From assembly GCA_964016885.1 (NCBI GenBank), contig OZ024743.1:218550001-218614000 (forward strand): 64,000 nucleotides of DNA, in the 5' to 3' direction. The stretch comes from Eledone cirrhosa (taxonomy: Eukaryota). The notes below the pieces were generated by a model, which saw nothing but the letters and a program-made list of their open reading frames with translations, was not told the DNA's origin and made no database searches. Positions within the stretch are counted from its first letter, which is position 1. Each line of letters starts with the position of its first letter. Both the position numbers and the translations under genes were made by a program. Below, piece by piece: positions 1 through 14,082 of this stretch.

Positions 1-2502
1 TGCTTGCCAATTTCCAATTACTTCAGCTCTCACTCAAATTGTTCTCTATCTGAGAATATGTGTTGTGTGTTGTATTTTAATAGGCTGAGAAGAAAGGACA
101 GTGCCCAGTGTCTTTTCAAGACGGAACAACAACAAAATAATATTTGAGTATAGTCAATACAGTTGATGTTTAATTTGATCAACTACATGGTTAGGAAAGA
201 GGCTATAGAATTCTTGAAGGTTGAAATTCTGCAGAGAAGCAATGGGCTAAGTGACAGAGGATGGACACATGGTAATGAAATAAAGAGTGCATTGAAAAAT
301 GATTCTAACAGAAATTCTGTAGGGAATCAAAAACACTATTTTTTTTAATTTCAAATTTAAATGATTTCTTTTTGTTGTTATTGTGTATTAAAGGATTTAA
401 AAGTTTGGTAAATTTTAATTAACAAATGAAATTTTATCTCTTGTAAGGAATGTTAAAACAAATTGAATTCAAATATAATTAAGATTGAGAAAAACAACGC
501 TTATATTAGTTAACATTAGGTGTGAAACATTTGAAATAGTAGCCATGTAATGACCACATCCAGGTTTCTTTCTCTAGCTGAGTAAGAACATAACCAATTT
601 TTCTGTGGCTTGATATTTCATCACCAAACATTTCATCAAAGGATACATAAATTTATTTTACTATTTAAATGAAAATATATTTAATATGATAGGCGGCAAA
701 TTGGCAGAGTCGTTAGAACATCGGATAGAATGCTTTGTAGTATTCATTTTGGCTCTCTGCTCTTTGAGTTCAAATCCTGCCATGGTCAACTTTACCTTTT
801 ATCCATTCATGGTCGATAAAAAAAGTACCAGTCAAGTACTGGGGTCGATTCTTCCTCTATATCTCTTTCTCATTTCTTTTCTCTCTCTCTCTATCCTCAG
901 GCCTGGAGAGAAGATGGGCTCCACCAGGTTTTAAAATGCCCTAGAAACGCTGTATGTCAATATGGCACCCCTACAACTCCTTAGGAGTTATGGGTTCATA
1001 CCATATTCAATATGAATATCCTTCTTTATTAGACAATTAAATTTTACTTTAACAGAAAAAATAAATGGCCCTTTAGAAAAAAAATCAAATCATAAACCAA
1101 TCTAGCAAAATATCCAGAACTAATTTTTTGTGTAAGTGTGAGGTATGATTAATTAAATGAACACCAACTGGTACCTACTTTATGGATTCTGAATAAATGA
1201 AAGGTAAAACAAAACTTGATCAGACATGGACCTAGAATGTAAAGGGCTGAAATTAAATACTGTAATGAAGGTAACAAGTGATTTGCTAACTTAGTAACTT
1301 TCACTCATGATATATATAAAAAAAAAGTCATAAAATTACTTTGTAACCCAAATAAGATTTATGAATGAAAAGGAAACTTAAGATCAGTCACAAATAGATG
1401 TTAAACTTATAGCAGGTAGTAAGTTCTCAAAGAAGCAATTAACTCAAAGTGTTCATTTTGGTGCCACAATAAAAAGTACCCTGCCCTCACTATAAAGTGG
1501 CCACAGTAAATGTGGTTGGCATTAGGAAGGGCATCCAGCTGTAGAAACCAAGGTTATCTGATCTGGCTTGTCTCACAATGGGGCAGCTCATCTAACCCAT
1601 GCGTGGACATTAAATGATGATGATGATAATGATGATTAGGGTAGACATATTTTTTTCTAATGTGTTTAAAGCAAGTTATTTTTGATAATTACTGATTTCA
1701 TACATAGACAAAAGGAGAGAACTTTTTGGTAAGGGAACAGTCAATTATATCTCCCCTAGTTCAGGACTAGTACTTTATTTTATAGACCTTAAAAAAGGAA
1801 AGGCAAAGTTGACCTAATTGAAATTTGATTTTGGAATACTTCAAAACACTTTGTCCACCATGAGAACAATTCTGCAAATCTGCCAAGTATAATTTTTGCT
1901 CAGGATGAGGAATAACTTTGGTTTCTCCTCACTTCAAGTGGATTTTATTAAAGAATTTTGCTAATTATTAAACACATGCACTGATAAATATTCCCTTGTT
2001 TATTATTGTTTTTTTTCTATTTTATGAAAAAAAAACAAAGTTCTTGGTCACATTATTTGACTACCTTTACTGATCTCTGCTAAATCTGTAGAGTTTATTA
2101 TGCTAAAATTTTAATTTTGTAACAGATTTAAGTTGAAATCCAACTCAGGTAGCAACTAACACAGATCAGTGATAGATATAAAATCATATCCCACTTTAGT
2201 AGGTGACAAATTAGCAGAGTCATTAAGCACTGAACACAGAGTTCAAATCCTGCAGAGGTCAACTATTGCTTTCAGGCTTTCAACCTCAATGAATAAAATA
2301 CCAGGCCAGTACTGAGCTAGATTCTCTCTCTCTCTTTCTGGAAGAAATTGGCTGTGTTCTGGATGGAATGGGCTCTCTCAATCTTAAAGATATGAAATGT
2401 GTTAGGATGACATCCCTATGACTGCATCAAGAGTTAAGCGCATTTTACCTGACTTACTTTAGAATTGAAAGTAAGAACTGGAGAAAATCTTAAGCTTTAA
2501 TC

Positions 2503-2713
2503 TGAAACCAACACCACAATCACTACCATCAAACTAACATCACCATCACTACCATCAAACCAACACTATCATCACTATTATCAAACCAACACTATCATCA
2601 CTACCATCAAACCAACACCACAGTCACTACCATCAAACCAATACCATCATTACTACCATCAAACCAATACCATCATCATTACCATTAAACCAACACCATC
2701 ATTACTACCATCA
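2503..2713. repeat. 26-bp minisatellite (~8 copies)
   Basis: TCAAACCAACACCATCATCACTACCA units at 2581, 2607, 2633 and onward. Confidence 0.8.
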
Positions 2714-2984
2714 ATAATACTTAGCACCTATATAAATATGAGCCAAATAGGGAGGTCTCTAAGTTGTCATTTGATCTGATATAAATAGCAGCCTAATCTT
2801 CTTCAAATTACACCCTAGAGTGGTATGACATACTGGATGATGTATTCCCAGATATACTATGCCTGGCTAGTCATGGATAGAATGCCTTTGTTGATAGGTC
2901 AGATCAACAAGAGATAGCCTGTGGCTAAACAGTAGCAACCTATTTGAATAACCAGTGGAATAGCCAAACTGATGCTTGGTTTAC

Positions 2985-3036
<52 letters not shown>

Positions 3037-4539
3037 GAGAGAGAGAGAGAGGGGGGAGGGAGAGAGAGGGAGGAGAGAGAAGCATTAGAAACCTACTGAA
3101 TGTCTCATTTATTTTTGTTCTTACAAGCACCCATAGTTTTATGACCTGACAATTTGCATTAGAGGTCATTGTCAAAATACAGCTGCAAAAGAAAAAAAAT
3201 ATACAAATGGAAAGAATTTCTAGTGAAAAGGGTCAAAGGAGCCAGAAGTGTTGTATAATAAAATAATATATCATTCAGCCTCTAGCCAGTGGACAACAAA
3301 CAGTTTTTGAAAGGACTTCTTTTGTTCAGCTTTCCAACCTGTCAAGCAGAACCCAGCTAGACAAAGTTATGATGGATTACAAGCTATTAATCGAAGATGG
3401 ACAGAAACAAGTGAGTGTTGTGTGAATGGCAAAGCTGGAAGACTTCAAGTAGTGGAATAGGAATCTATTTTGCCATAGTATTTGGAAATGAAAATAGTAG
3501 AAGATAGTAACAAGTTTAAGATGAAATGGATGCAAGACACAATGACCAAAATAATAATTTGTAACTGTGTTAAGTTGGACAACAATTTTCAACGATTTTT
3601 CACAACTGCTGTTATTGCTCTGAAGTACAAAATTGTTCTAACAAAGCAAGAGCCTGGCAGCAGAACAGATCAATTTGATAGATGAGTAACTAGCTTGGCA
3701 ACAATGAAATTCCATTTTGAACAAACAAAGGAACCAGTGGTATTAACAAAATCTTAATGGAGCATGTGATAAAGGTGCTACATGGCAAAAGTAAAGAAAT
3801 TGGGTTTGATTTTATTTCTAGTTATTATTTATTACTGAAAGACAGTGGAATGGCAGCAACTATACATCGTTAGACTAGATCATGTTTGGTATTTAGCTAC
3901 AGTTCTTTGCATTCATTTTCAAATTGCACCAATGTCAAGGTCATGCTTTTCATCCTTCTAGTGTTAATAGAATAAGTATTCGGGTTCAATCCCACAGTGT
4001 GGCACTTTGGGCAAGTGTTTTCTACACTGGCCAATACTTTGTGAGTTCATGTGATAGAAGCCTGTTGTGTATATATATATATACAAATATATACATACAT
4101 ATATACATATATACATATATATATATATATACATATACGTACATATGCATTTGGCTCGATCGTTGGGCATTACCTATAATAATAATAATAATAATAATAA
4201 TATAATAATATGTATATAAATACATACACACATACACACACACACACACATCATCATCATCATAATCATGTTTTTACACCCAATTTTCCATGTTTGGATG
4301 GGTTGGACAAAATCTTTTTAGCATGTATCTATGGTCTGGTGCTCTACATTACTCTAAGTATGGTACATGCTACTAACATTTGTTAGACAACCAGACATAT
4401 TTTTTGTGGTGAACATAAACAACTGTTACCTGAAGGCTTTATAAACATTGATATGACATTTGGGTTGACAAACATGCAAACATATAGGGATAAGCATATA
4501 TGTGAGTGTGTGTGTATATATATATATATCATCATCATC

Positions 4540-4872
4540 ATTCATTTCATTTTACGTCCACTTTTCCCTGCTTGCAAGGGTGGGACGGGAACTGATTCTG
4601 GCTTGATTTCTATAGCTGGATGCCCTTCCTAACACCAACCTCATTTACAGTGAGTGGTGGGTGCTTTTTTGCCATGGCACCTCCACGACCACTTTGCAGT
4701 GGAATGATAGGGACCCAAGTCTCTATCATCTCATTTCTACAGCTGAGTAAACTGGAGCAATGTGAAATAAAGTGTCTTGCTCAAGGAAACAACACATCAC
4801 CCAGTCTGAGAATTGAACTCACAACCTTTCGATTGCAAGGCCAATGCTCTAACCACTAAGCCATATGCCTCC
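4540..4872 (-). mobile_element. tRNA-derived SINE with RTE-type tail
   Basis: Head TGGCTTAGTGGTTAGAGC (A box)...GAGTTCAATTC (B box), CCTTGAGCAAGACAC body, AGGAAGGGCATCC segment, RTE-like 3' end. Confidence 0.85.
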
Positions 4873-5270
4873 ATATATATATATATATATATATCATCAT
4901 CATCATTTCATTTTACGTCCGCTTTTCCCTGCTTGCAAGGGTGGGACGGGAACTGATTCTGGCTATATATATATATATATATCATCATCATCATTGTTGT
5001 TGTTTTAATGTCTGCTTTCCCTGCTAGCAATGGTTGGAGATGTCCATACAGACAAAGTCGGTACTGAAGGCAGAGCCACAGATCTCCCAGGCAGGCCAGG
5101 GATCTGTGTCTCGCTTATGTACAGTCTCACATTCTATTGAGTGCTCAGGAGAGGTTATCATGCTTTTCACACAACTGAGGGTCCTCCCAACCCTTTGTTT
5201 GGCAAGATTTCTATGGCTGGATGCCCTTCCTATCACCAACCGAATGTACAGAATGTACTGGGTGCAATAT

Positions 5271-5308
<38 letters not shown>

Positions 5309-5311
<3 letters not shown>

Positions 5312-5791
5312 AGTAAGGAAGCCAATTAACTATATATATCTTGACTATTTTGAGTGTGTAATGGAACGACCGGGGCTATAAAGATTATGATTGCAATAGC
5401 TTTCTTAATATATAAATATATAACCAAAGATTAATATGGTTTTCAACGAATACAATTTTACAATAGATTAGAAGCACTCAACAGTAGATTTTCCTGGAGT
5501 ATTTAATATTATTCAAAATATTAATAAATGAAAAATATTCTCATAATCAAAATATATATTTTATTATACATATTTCAAAGGTACAATGGTGTTTAAGTAC
5601 GTTTTCATCAGACAAAATATATGATTTGATATGCGACATACCGCTACGGTTTTGATTATAAATATATATATATATATTATCAAAGCTATCAGAGTCATAA
5701 TCAGTATAGCCCCAGTCATTCCATTACACACTCAATGAGACACAAGATATATATATATATGTATATATAGTTATTTCGTTTCCTCACTCTT
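5309..5791. repeat. Diverged inverted-repeat element in (TA)n, probable Penelope pLTR remnant
   Basis: TTGAGTGTGTAATGGAACGACCGGGGCTATA vs TATAGCCCCAGTCATTCCATTACACACTCAA; hammerhead-like remnant on minus strand at 5561-5617. Confidence 0.6.
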
Positions 5792-5807
5792 TATATATAT
5801 ATATATA

Positions 5808-6462
5808 TCATCATCCTCCATTCTTCCAAGCTAGCATGGGTTAAACGGGTTGTCCTATTGTGGGCAATGCCAAGTCAGGTGACCATGTCTTGCTCATAAG
5901 GAACTCATTTTGGCTTGATTTCTACAGCTAGATGCCCTTCCTAACACCAACATCATTTACAGTTAGTACTGGGTGCTTTTTTACCATGGCGCCTACACCA
6001 CTTTACAGTGTGGACTGGGTTATTTTTGTCATGACACCTACACGACCACTTTACATTGTGAGGGGGTGGGGGCATACTGTCTATATGCTTCAGCTTCGGT
6101 TTGTACCCATAGGGGGGTCGGGTCTTCTATATTACTGCATAATAGCAGAGGTCTCGGTCCTGTGTCATTGCCTTTGAGAGGTGCAATTGGGCAAGGTCAG
6201 CTTTTATCACCTCATCCCAGATCTTCTTGGGTCTCCCCACTCCAAGGCTTCCATTGACTTTTAGTGCTCTGCACCTTTTTATGCAGCTGTCATCCTTCAT
6301 ATGCATCACATGTCATACCAACGCAACCTCCTGACACAGCATTTGATTCTGCTTATGCTTAGTCACTCTCTCAATTCGTTTATACTTTGCTGTTCGTGTA
6401 TATTACTATTACACATCCATCGGAGCATGCAAGCTTCGTTCCTTTCTAATCTACGCAAGTCA
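5808..6462 (-). mobile_element. RTE LINE 3' fragment
   Basis: MKDDSCIKRCRAL..GRPKKIWDEVIK plus shared 3' UTR and (GAT)n tail. Confidence 0.85.
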
Positions 6463-6561
6463 TATATATATATACACACCCTAAACTGAATGCCCTCCAG
6501 TACTCATGACTCCAGACAAACCAAACCATACACACCCTCCACATATTAACATACATATATA

Positions 6562-6597
<36 letters not shown>

Positions 6598-6599
6598 GC

Positions 6600-9150
6600 C
6601 TACTTGTTATCCCACTACATCTCTTGTGTACCCAAGATTTACATTGTATCTATTCTCTTTCTACATATTGAGTAGGGCCATTACCTGAAGGAATCAGGTT
6701 CCTATCTTCTCCCTACTCACTAGCACTTTAGTTTTGGCTGTTTATTTTCAGGCCTTTTGAATTCTAAGTTCTGTTTCCATAGTCAGAACTTATTTTCTAG
6801 GTCTTTAATGGATTTGACTATAAGGGTCAGATCATCAGCATAGAGAAGTTCCCATGAGCAGCCAGTCTTAAACACCTCTGTTATAACCTGGAGGACTATA
6901 ATGAATAGAAATGGGCTAAGAACTGAACCTTGATGAACTCCTACTTGTACAATGAATTTCTAACTAAACTTATTTTCTACTCTCATTTTGCTGAAAGCTT
7001 CTCTGTACATAATTTGCACTGCTCTCACAAACCATTCTTCTACACCTAATTTCCTTAAGGACCACCAGATTATAGATCGGGGTACTCTGTCAAATGATTT
7101 TTCTAGGTCAACAAAAGCTAAGTATAGTGCCTTATTTTTGGATGAGATATTCTCTAGTAGTTGCTACACTAAAAAGAGGGCATCCCAAGCTTGAAACCAA
7201 ACTGTATTTTGTCTAATTTGACTCTCCTTAATTAACTGCACTATAACTCTTTCCATCACTTTCATAACTTGGTCCATTAGTTTTATTCCTCTATAGCTGC
7301 TCCTCTGTAGAGCATCACGTTTGCCCTTGAAACAATTTATGATAGTACTGCTGCACTAGTTATTGGGCATGACACTGTCCTGATTAACTGATTGACAATG
7401 CGGGTTACTAGATTGACTCCTACTTCTCTCAATGCTTTTAGCATCTCAGCAGTTATCTCTGATGGTCTTGCAGCTTTATCATTTTTCATTTCTTTGTTGT
7501 TTTTTTAATCCTATAACTGTCAACTTCAGTGGCTGGCCTTTCTGTTTGGTGGGTTAGGGGCAATTTCTCTTCCTGCCATTCATTCTCTACATCCATCAGT
7601 CTCTCATAGTAACATTTCCAGGCCTCTTTCTTTTGAGCATCAGTGGTGCTAAATACACTGGTATCAATTCTAACACACTTTTCCCCAACATCACAATTCA
7701 CTGACACACTGCCTTGCAATGTGGAATACTTCGCATCTCTGATCCTAACATCTCAGGATGTAGGCAAACTTTCTTTCTTCAGACTCTTTCCTGTTGTCTA
7801 GCTTCTCTCTTAGCCACTTTGTACTGGTTTTTGCTACCCCCATTTTTCCTATCATTCCAAGCCTGTCTCTTGGCTTTAATGGCTTTATCCATTAAGATGT
7901 TCCACCACTAGGTCACCCTCTGTCTGGTTGGTGCTCTACTCCAGCAACAAGTCCTGTCAGTACTTCATAAAAGGTTGTTATGCAAGAATTTCCACACCCG
8001 TCATCAAATGCACCCCATAGGGCTTTTCTAAACCTATACTTAACCGAAAGATATTTTATCTTCCAAACCCTCCATCTCCATGTTTTCCAGCATATCTTGT
8101 TCTGTATAGTGTTTATCCTGATGTCACCAATAACTGCCTAACAGCAGCACATTCTTCCCCAGGGAAGGCCTGAGTTTTGATTACAGTTCATTTATTTCGT
8201 CTTACAAGTAAGAAATCCATCTGGCTTGTGTATTTGCCTGATTGCTATGAGATCAGATGGCTAACCGGTTTCCAGAAATTTGTGTTGCAAATGGTTAGTT
8301 CATTTGCATCACAGAATTCCAGAAGCCTCACTCCCTCTTCATTTCTTGAGCTATAAACATAGCCTCCATGAACTCCAGTGAATTCATCCTGATATTGTTC
8401 TACGTATCCAGTGAAGTCACCTGCCAAGATTATGAAGTCTCTCTCATCAATAGCTGAGCTTGTCAGTAAAAGTTCCTCATAGAGCTTGTCTCTTTTGTTC
8501 TTTACTCAGTCCTGCCTGTGGTGCAAAAGTAGATGCAATTGCCACCATTCTATTTCCTACAGCTATTCTGAGCTTGATAATTCTGACACTTACTCTAACT
8601 ACCTCTATTACCTTCATCATCATCATCATTTCATTTTACGTCCACTTTTCCCTGCTTGCAAGGGTGGGACGGGAACTGATTCTGGCTTGATTTCTACAGC
8701 TGGATGCCCTTCCTAACACCAACCTCATTTACAGTGAGTGCTGGGTGCTTTTTTGCCGTGGCACCTCCACGACCACTTCGCAGTGGAATGATCTGGACCC
8801 CAGTCCCTATCATCTCATTTCTACAGCTGAGTAAACTGGAGCAATGTGAAATAAAGTGTCTTGCTCAAGGAAACACATCACCCGTTCTGAGAATTGAACT
8901 CACAACCTTTCGATTGCAAGGCCAATGCTCTAACCACTAAGCCATGTGCCTCCTTATCTATCCATTTCTCAGCAAGCAGAATGCCTACACCACCTACCCC
9001 ACCATCACTTCCTGCTGTTTGCCTGCAAGTAGTCTTGCTGAGGTGCCCCTCCATCTCACTTCTTGTACACAGCATACATCTTCACTTCTCTCTAACAATT
9101 CCACAATTTCACTTGATTTAACTTTCAGGGTGCCAACTTCACGATTGCAA
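6600..9150 (-). mobile_element. Degenerate RTE LINE including AP-endonuclease N-terminus
   Basis: VGTL...DVCCVQEVRWRG, GVGILLAEKW, AGDF..VHGG..RNEEG.RLLEFC and RT remnants. Interrupted by a SINE at ~8610-8952. Confidence 0.8.
8625..8952 (-). mobile_element. Same SINE family, inserted in RTE
   Basis: Near-identical to 4540-4872. Confidence 0.85.
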
Positions 9151-9489
9151 GATGAATGAAATGAAATGAAACCCGTGACACCATCTTAGGCCGGAACAAC
9201 CCATGGAATGAATTCCCTCTCAGAGCATCAGATTAATGGGACTCAGCTAAATATATCACTGTGATTAACAGAATCAACATGATGTATTTTTGAACAATCT
9301 ACTGTAACCTACTTACAGTTTATATATTAAAATAGGGACTATTATATACTCTTAACATACACTATACATTCAGTATTACCTCTGACTTGTAACTTCCATA
9401 TATAAATATATATATATATGCTAGCTAATATCAACATAATATCCAAATATAGTTTAAAAATTAGTTTTCATAAGTATAAATCGGTAAAG

Positions 9490-9813
9490 ATGCCCTTCAG
9501 TCATGAATGATCATGGGATTTGCACCTAGAAAGTTCCCCTCTGAAGCACAAGTCTGGGCAAGGTTGTTTGTGGAAGACCAGCAATCGCTCATGCATACCA
9601 CTGTGCCATCTCCATGCCACTGATGTTGTCCAAAGAAAAGGCAATGGCTGATAGAGCTTGGCATTAGTGATGCCGCAACTCATTTCTACAGTAGAGTGAA
9701 ATGGAGCAACATGAAATAAAGTGTCTTGTTTGAGAACACAAGGCAACACTTGATCCAGGAATCGAACTCACAACTGCAAGCCCAACACGCTAGCTACTAA
9801 GCCATGTGCCTTC
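9490..9813 (-). mobile_element. Second tRNA-derived SINE family
   Basis: Similar A/B-box head and CAAGACACTTTATTTCA body, different 3' half. Confidence 0.7.
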
Positions 9814-10079
9814 ATGTTCGTAACTAAATACTCACTATTAATGTCTATTATTTCTGACCAGTTCTCTATGATATTAACTACTAGGTTCATCTTTACTGGC
9901 CTAGTTATATATTTTTATATAGGTATCTCCTTAGGTATCTTATTTTATTTTATATTATTTTATTCTTATTTTCATTCTTTCTACTCATCTATCCAATTAT
10001 CTATTCAAATATTTGTGCAATAATATTTGTATACATATTACTGCAATAAATGTGGGGAGCAGGTAATTATCATTTTTCA

Positions 10080-10730
10080 TGGATTGGCTGAGTCTGTAGA
10101 GCATCAGACAACTGGTCTTAGCAGCATTTAGTTACAGCCCTTTACGTTGAGTTCAAATGCCACCGAGGCTAGCTTTGCCTTTCATCCTTAAGGAGTCAAT
10201 AAAATAAAGTACCAGTAAGCACTGGGGTTTACTTAATCGACTTTCCCCTCCCCTTAAATTGCTGGCCTTGTGCCTAAAGTAGAAACAATTATTATTATTA
10301 TTATTATTATTAGGACAGTGAATTGACAGTATTGGTAGAGCACCGGACAACATGCTTTGTGGCATATAGTTACATCACTTTACATTGTGAGTTCAAACCC
10401 TATAGGCTCGATAAAATAAAGTATCAATAATGCACTAGAATTGATTGAATCAACATCCCCTCCCACCAAAATTGTTGGCCTTCTGCCAAAATCAGAAACC
10501 ATTATTATTATAGGGCGGTGGATTGGGAGTAACGATAAAGAGTCAGATACCATGCTTTGTGGCATAGAGTTACGGCCCTTTATGTTCTGATTTCAAATCC
10601 TATCAAGCTTAGCTTTGCCTTTCATCCTTGCGGGGTAGATAAAATAAAGTACCAGTCACGCACTGGGGTCGATTTAACCGACTTTCCCCTCCCCTAAAAT
10701 TGCTGGCCTTGTGCCTATATAAGAAACCAT
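10080..10730 (+). mobile_element. Three tandem Nin-domain-type SINE copies
   Basis: Repeated GAGTTCAAAT...GCCTTTCATCC..GGGGT.GATAAAATAAAGTACCAG units separated by (TTA)n. Related copies at ~690-850, 2200-2320, 18520-18665, 18987-19360, 45955-46165, 47010-47430 and 61876-62085. Confidence 0.8.
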
Positions 10731-11548
10731 TATTAACAATATTATTATTTTTTACACCTTGAGGTAAGTCCTTTCATACTGGATGTCAATCTGTGTCCAC
10801 AATGGCATAAGTTGTTAGTACGCCAATGAGTGTGAACGTGTGCACAAAGATCTACTCATGTATAATTGTGTGTATGATGATTTCTTCTGCATGTCATCAG
10901 TGTGCAGACATGGATGCTTGTGTTGTTTGATCAATCTTGGGTATCGGAATGCATGTACACGTGTGTTTTCCATACAAGTGAAACCCCATCTACATGCAAT
11001 TTGATATACATACACATGCACGACAGTCAGGGTGTATGTATGGGAATATAATAGGGGTATAGCCCCTCGCCCACTGACTTCTATGGTAGCTGACATTGTC
11101 CAAGGTGCATTGCATCCCAGGCACCTATGACTAATTCAAGCAGATTTCTGTCATATATCATATTTCAAATTGAATTCACTCAATTGCAAGATATAACTTT
11201 TTCTTCTTCCTTGCCCACATATTCCTGGGAGTGTCATAGTGGTAGAGTCCTCAAGTATGCCTTGCCTTCTAGTGGGTCCTGTCAAGAGCAAGTTTCTCCA
11301 ATTGATCCAGCTGGATCCCCAAGTAGAGGGGCCTGTTCGAAAAATATATTGCAGTTTCCATCCAATGCAAGATCATCATCATCACCGTTTAATATCAATT
11401 TTTCCACACTAGCATGGGTTAGACGAGTTATCCTGTTGTGAGCAATGCTAGGTGAGGTGACCATGTCATGCTCATGCAGAATCGATTTTGTCTTGATATC
11501 TACAACTGGATATCCTTCCTAGCGTCAACCTCATTTACAGTGAGTACT

Positions 11549-11584
<36 letters not shown>

Positions 11585-11658
11585 AAACCCATGCAAGCGT
11601 GGAACACGGACGTTAAACGTTGATGATGATATATATATATTGAGTATATATATATTGA

Positions 11659-11692
<34 letters not shown>

Positions 11693-11695
<3 letters not shown>

Positions 11696-12429
11696 GGAGC
11701 TACTACCACTGCTAGCTGCAAAAGGTTTTTCCCTCAAAATAAAAGGCAGACTGTATGATGTGTGCATACGAACAGCAATATTACATGGTAGTGAGACCTA
11801 GGCGTTGTGTAAATGACTTGCGTAGATTAGAAAGAAATGAAGCCTGCATGTTCCAATGGATGTGTAATAGTAATATACGTGAACGGCAAAGTATCAACAA
11901 GCTGAGAGAGGGACTGAGCATAAGAGGAATCAAATGCTGTGTGCAGGAGAGGAGGATGCATTGGTATGGAGATGTGATGCGTATGAAGGATGACAGCTGC
12001 AAAAAAAGGTCCAGAGCACTAAACGTTGATGGAAGCCATGGAGTGGGAAGACCCAAGACCTGGGATGAGGTGATAAAAGTGGACCTTGCCCAATTGAACC
12101 TCTCAACAGCGATGACACAGGACTGTGACCTCTGGCATCACGCAGTAATACAGAAGACCCGACTTCCCACGGGAACAAGCCGAAGCTGAAGCATATAGAC
12201 AGTAGTCCCCCACCGCCTCCCACTATAAAGTGGTCGTGTAGGTGTCATAACAAAAAAAGCACCCAGCACTCACTGTAAATGAGGTTGGTGTTAGGAAGGG
12301 CATCCAGCTGTAGAATTCAAGCCAAAATCAGTTCCTGTATGAGCAAGACAAGGTCACCAAACCTAACATCGCCCACAACAGGACAACCTGTCTAACCCAT
12401 GCTAGCATGGAAGAATGGATGTAAAACGG

Positions 12430-12460
<31 letters not shown>
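11693..12460 (+). mobile_element. RTE LINE 3' fragment
   Basis: ORF 11755-12189 (LERNEACM, WYGDVMR, GRPKTW); 3' UTR and (GAT)n tail. Confidence 0.88.
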
Positions 12461-12464
<4 letters not shown>

Positions 12465-12465
<1 letters not shown>

Positions 12466-12801
12466 CATTTTCATTCATTTTACGTCCGCTTTTCCCTGCT
12501 TGCAAGGGTGGGACGGGAACTGATTCTGGCTTGATTTCTACAGCTGGATGCCCTTCCTAACACCAACCTCATTTACAGTGAGTGCTGGGTGCTTTTTTTT
12601 TATGTGGCACCTCCACGACCACTTTGCAGTGGAATGATATGGACCCCAGTCTCTATCATCTCGTTTCTACAGCTGAGTAAACTGGAGCAATGTGAAATAA
12701 AGTGTCTTGCTCAAGGAAACAACACATCACCCGGTCTGTGAATTGAACTCACAACCTTTCGATTGCAAGGCCAATGCTCTAACCACTAAGCCATGTGCCT
12801 T
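12465..12801 (-). mobile_element. Same SINE family
   Basis: Near-identical to 4540-4872; tail-to-tail with the RTE fragment ending at 12460. Confidence 0.85.
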
Positions 12802-12954
12802 CAGATTGTATATATATATATATATTCATTAGTTAAGCAAAACAAGACCACAAAATTTCACAAGGAAGACATTATTAAAAGATTGTCAACATATTTTAGT
12901 TTGATGTAAGGAATGTAGAGAATAATAATAATAATATTAATAATAATAATGTCT

Positions 12955-13073
12955 GTTTACAATTGTTTCGCTACTCCATATAATATTTCTGGATCAAATG
13001 ATTATAGATCATTATTGATCTGGTTCAGTTGAAAATAATTAACATAGGTAAAAATAGAGCAGCTCATCGGAAC
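12955..13073 (-). ncRNA. Type I hammerhead ribozyme motif in left (inverted) pLTR
   Basis: Reverse-complement copy of 14462-14580. Confidence 0.7.
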
Positions 13074-13376
13074 TTCAAAAGGAATATAAATTAAAATAAG
13101 GAAAGAATGTTACATAAATGTAATGTTCCATATATTGGTATTTCACTATGGTGTCCTGGGTATATCCATTGTCTGCTATAGTCGAGCAGTATTCTTCTGT
13201 CGAGGCTGCACTGTGTGAGATCTGCCTATGGGTAACAAGATGGCCACCAATGGACATATTTACCTTACTAATTAGAGGGTGGTTTCAGGGGAAGTAACAC
13301 CTCAAGAGATTATAAATTGTGGGTAGTTTATAGTTAAGTGCTAATTTTTTAATTTTTTAATTGATAGACAATGTAA

Positions 13377-14082
13377 ACATTCCCCCCAACCATAGATATT
13401 ACAAACTCTTTAATAAAAATAACATTAAAATCTCATTCTCCACAACACCTAACCTAGCTAGCCACATCGCATTCAGTAACCATCATAAACTAAGACAGTA
13501 TAACTCCCACACCGTGGTACCACCACCCCCATCAAATAGACCACGCCACTACACCAATACTTACTCTAGTAGCACACCTCCCCCATCTAATCCTTCTAGC
13601 ACTAACCAACCGCTTAGGTTAAACAACCCTACTCTCACTAACCGCAGAACTGCAACTGCCGTTACCCTAATGCATGCCCACTAAATGGACATTGCCTGAC
13701 ACCCAATATAGTTTATAGGTGCACGGTTAAAACTGCTTCGCACACCAGCTCCTATATTGGGTCTACCTCTAACCCTTTTAAGCTACGCTATAACGCGCAC
13801 TCTTTTTCCTTCCGATACCCTAACAACAGATGTTCGACATCTCTAGCTAGGCTCATTAAAAACCTTAAATTAACCAACATTGAACACTCACTAACATGGG
13901 ATATCTTGGCTAGGGCACCACTATTCAATGGACGAAGAAAATCTTGTGACCTCTGTCTTACCGAAGCATATTACATAACCCTATCATGACCTCTACCGAT
14001 TAACGATAGAACAGCGGTAACTATTAGCTGTCAACATCGAAGGGCTAATTCCTCCGCCAACAGAATAATTGACCCAACATAG
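13377..14082 (+). pseudogene. Penelope-like GIY-YIG endonuclease C-terminal fragment
   Basis: HRYYKLFNKNNIKISFS, frameshift near 13648, then NCNCRYPNACPLNGHCLTPNIVYRCTV...YIGSTSNPFKLRYNAH...WDILA...CDLCLTE...CQH. In-frame TGA at 13987, stop at 14082. Confidence 0.88.

Noticed and set aside
3146-3182. Possible next KIF6 exon after a strong acceptor tttttttcttttgcag
   Set aside because: The required phase hits a stop at once and no frame resembles the expected EMSLG.QEAFEIFKRD.
13987-13989. In-frame TGA in the GIY-YIG remnant as selenocysteine (some Naiad elements encode selenoproteins)
   Set aside because: Not at a conserved Cys position, the Cys motifs use TGY codons, no SECIS recognised, and the copy is also frameshifted; CGA-to-TGA decay is simpler.
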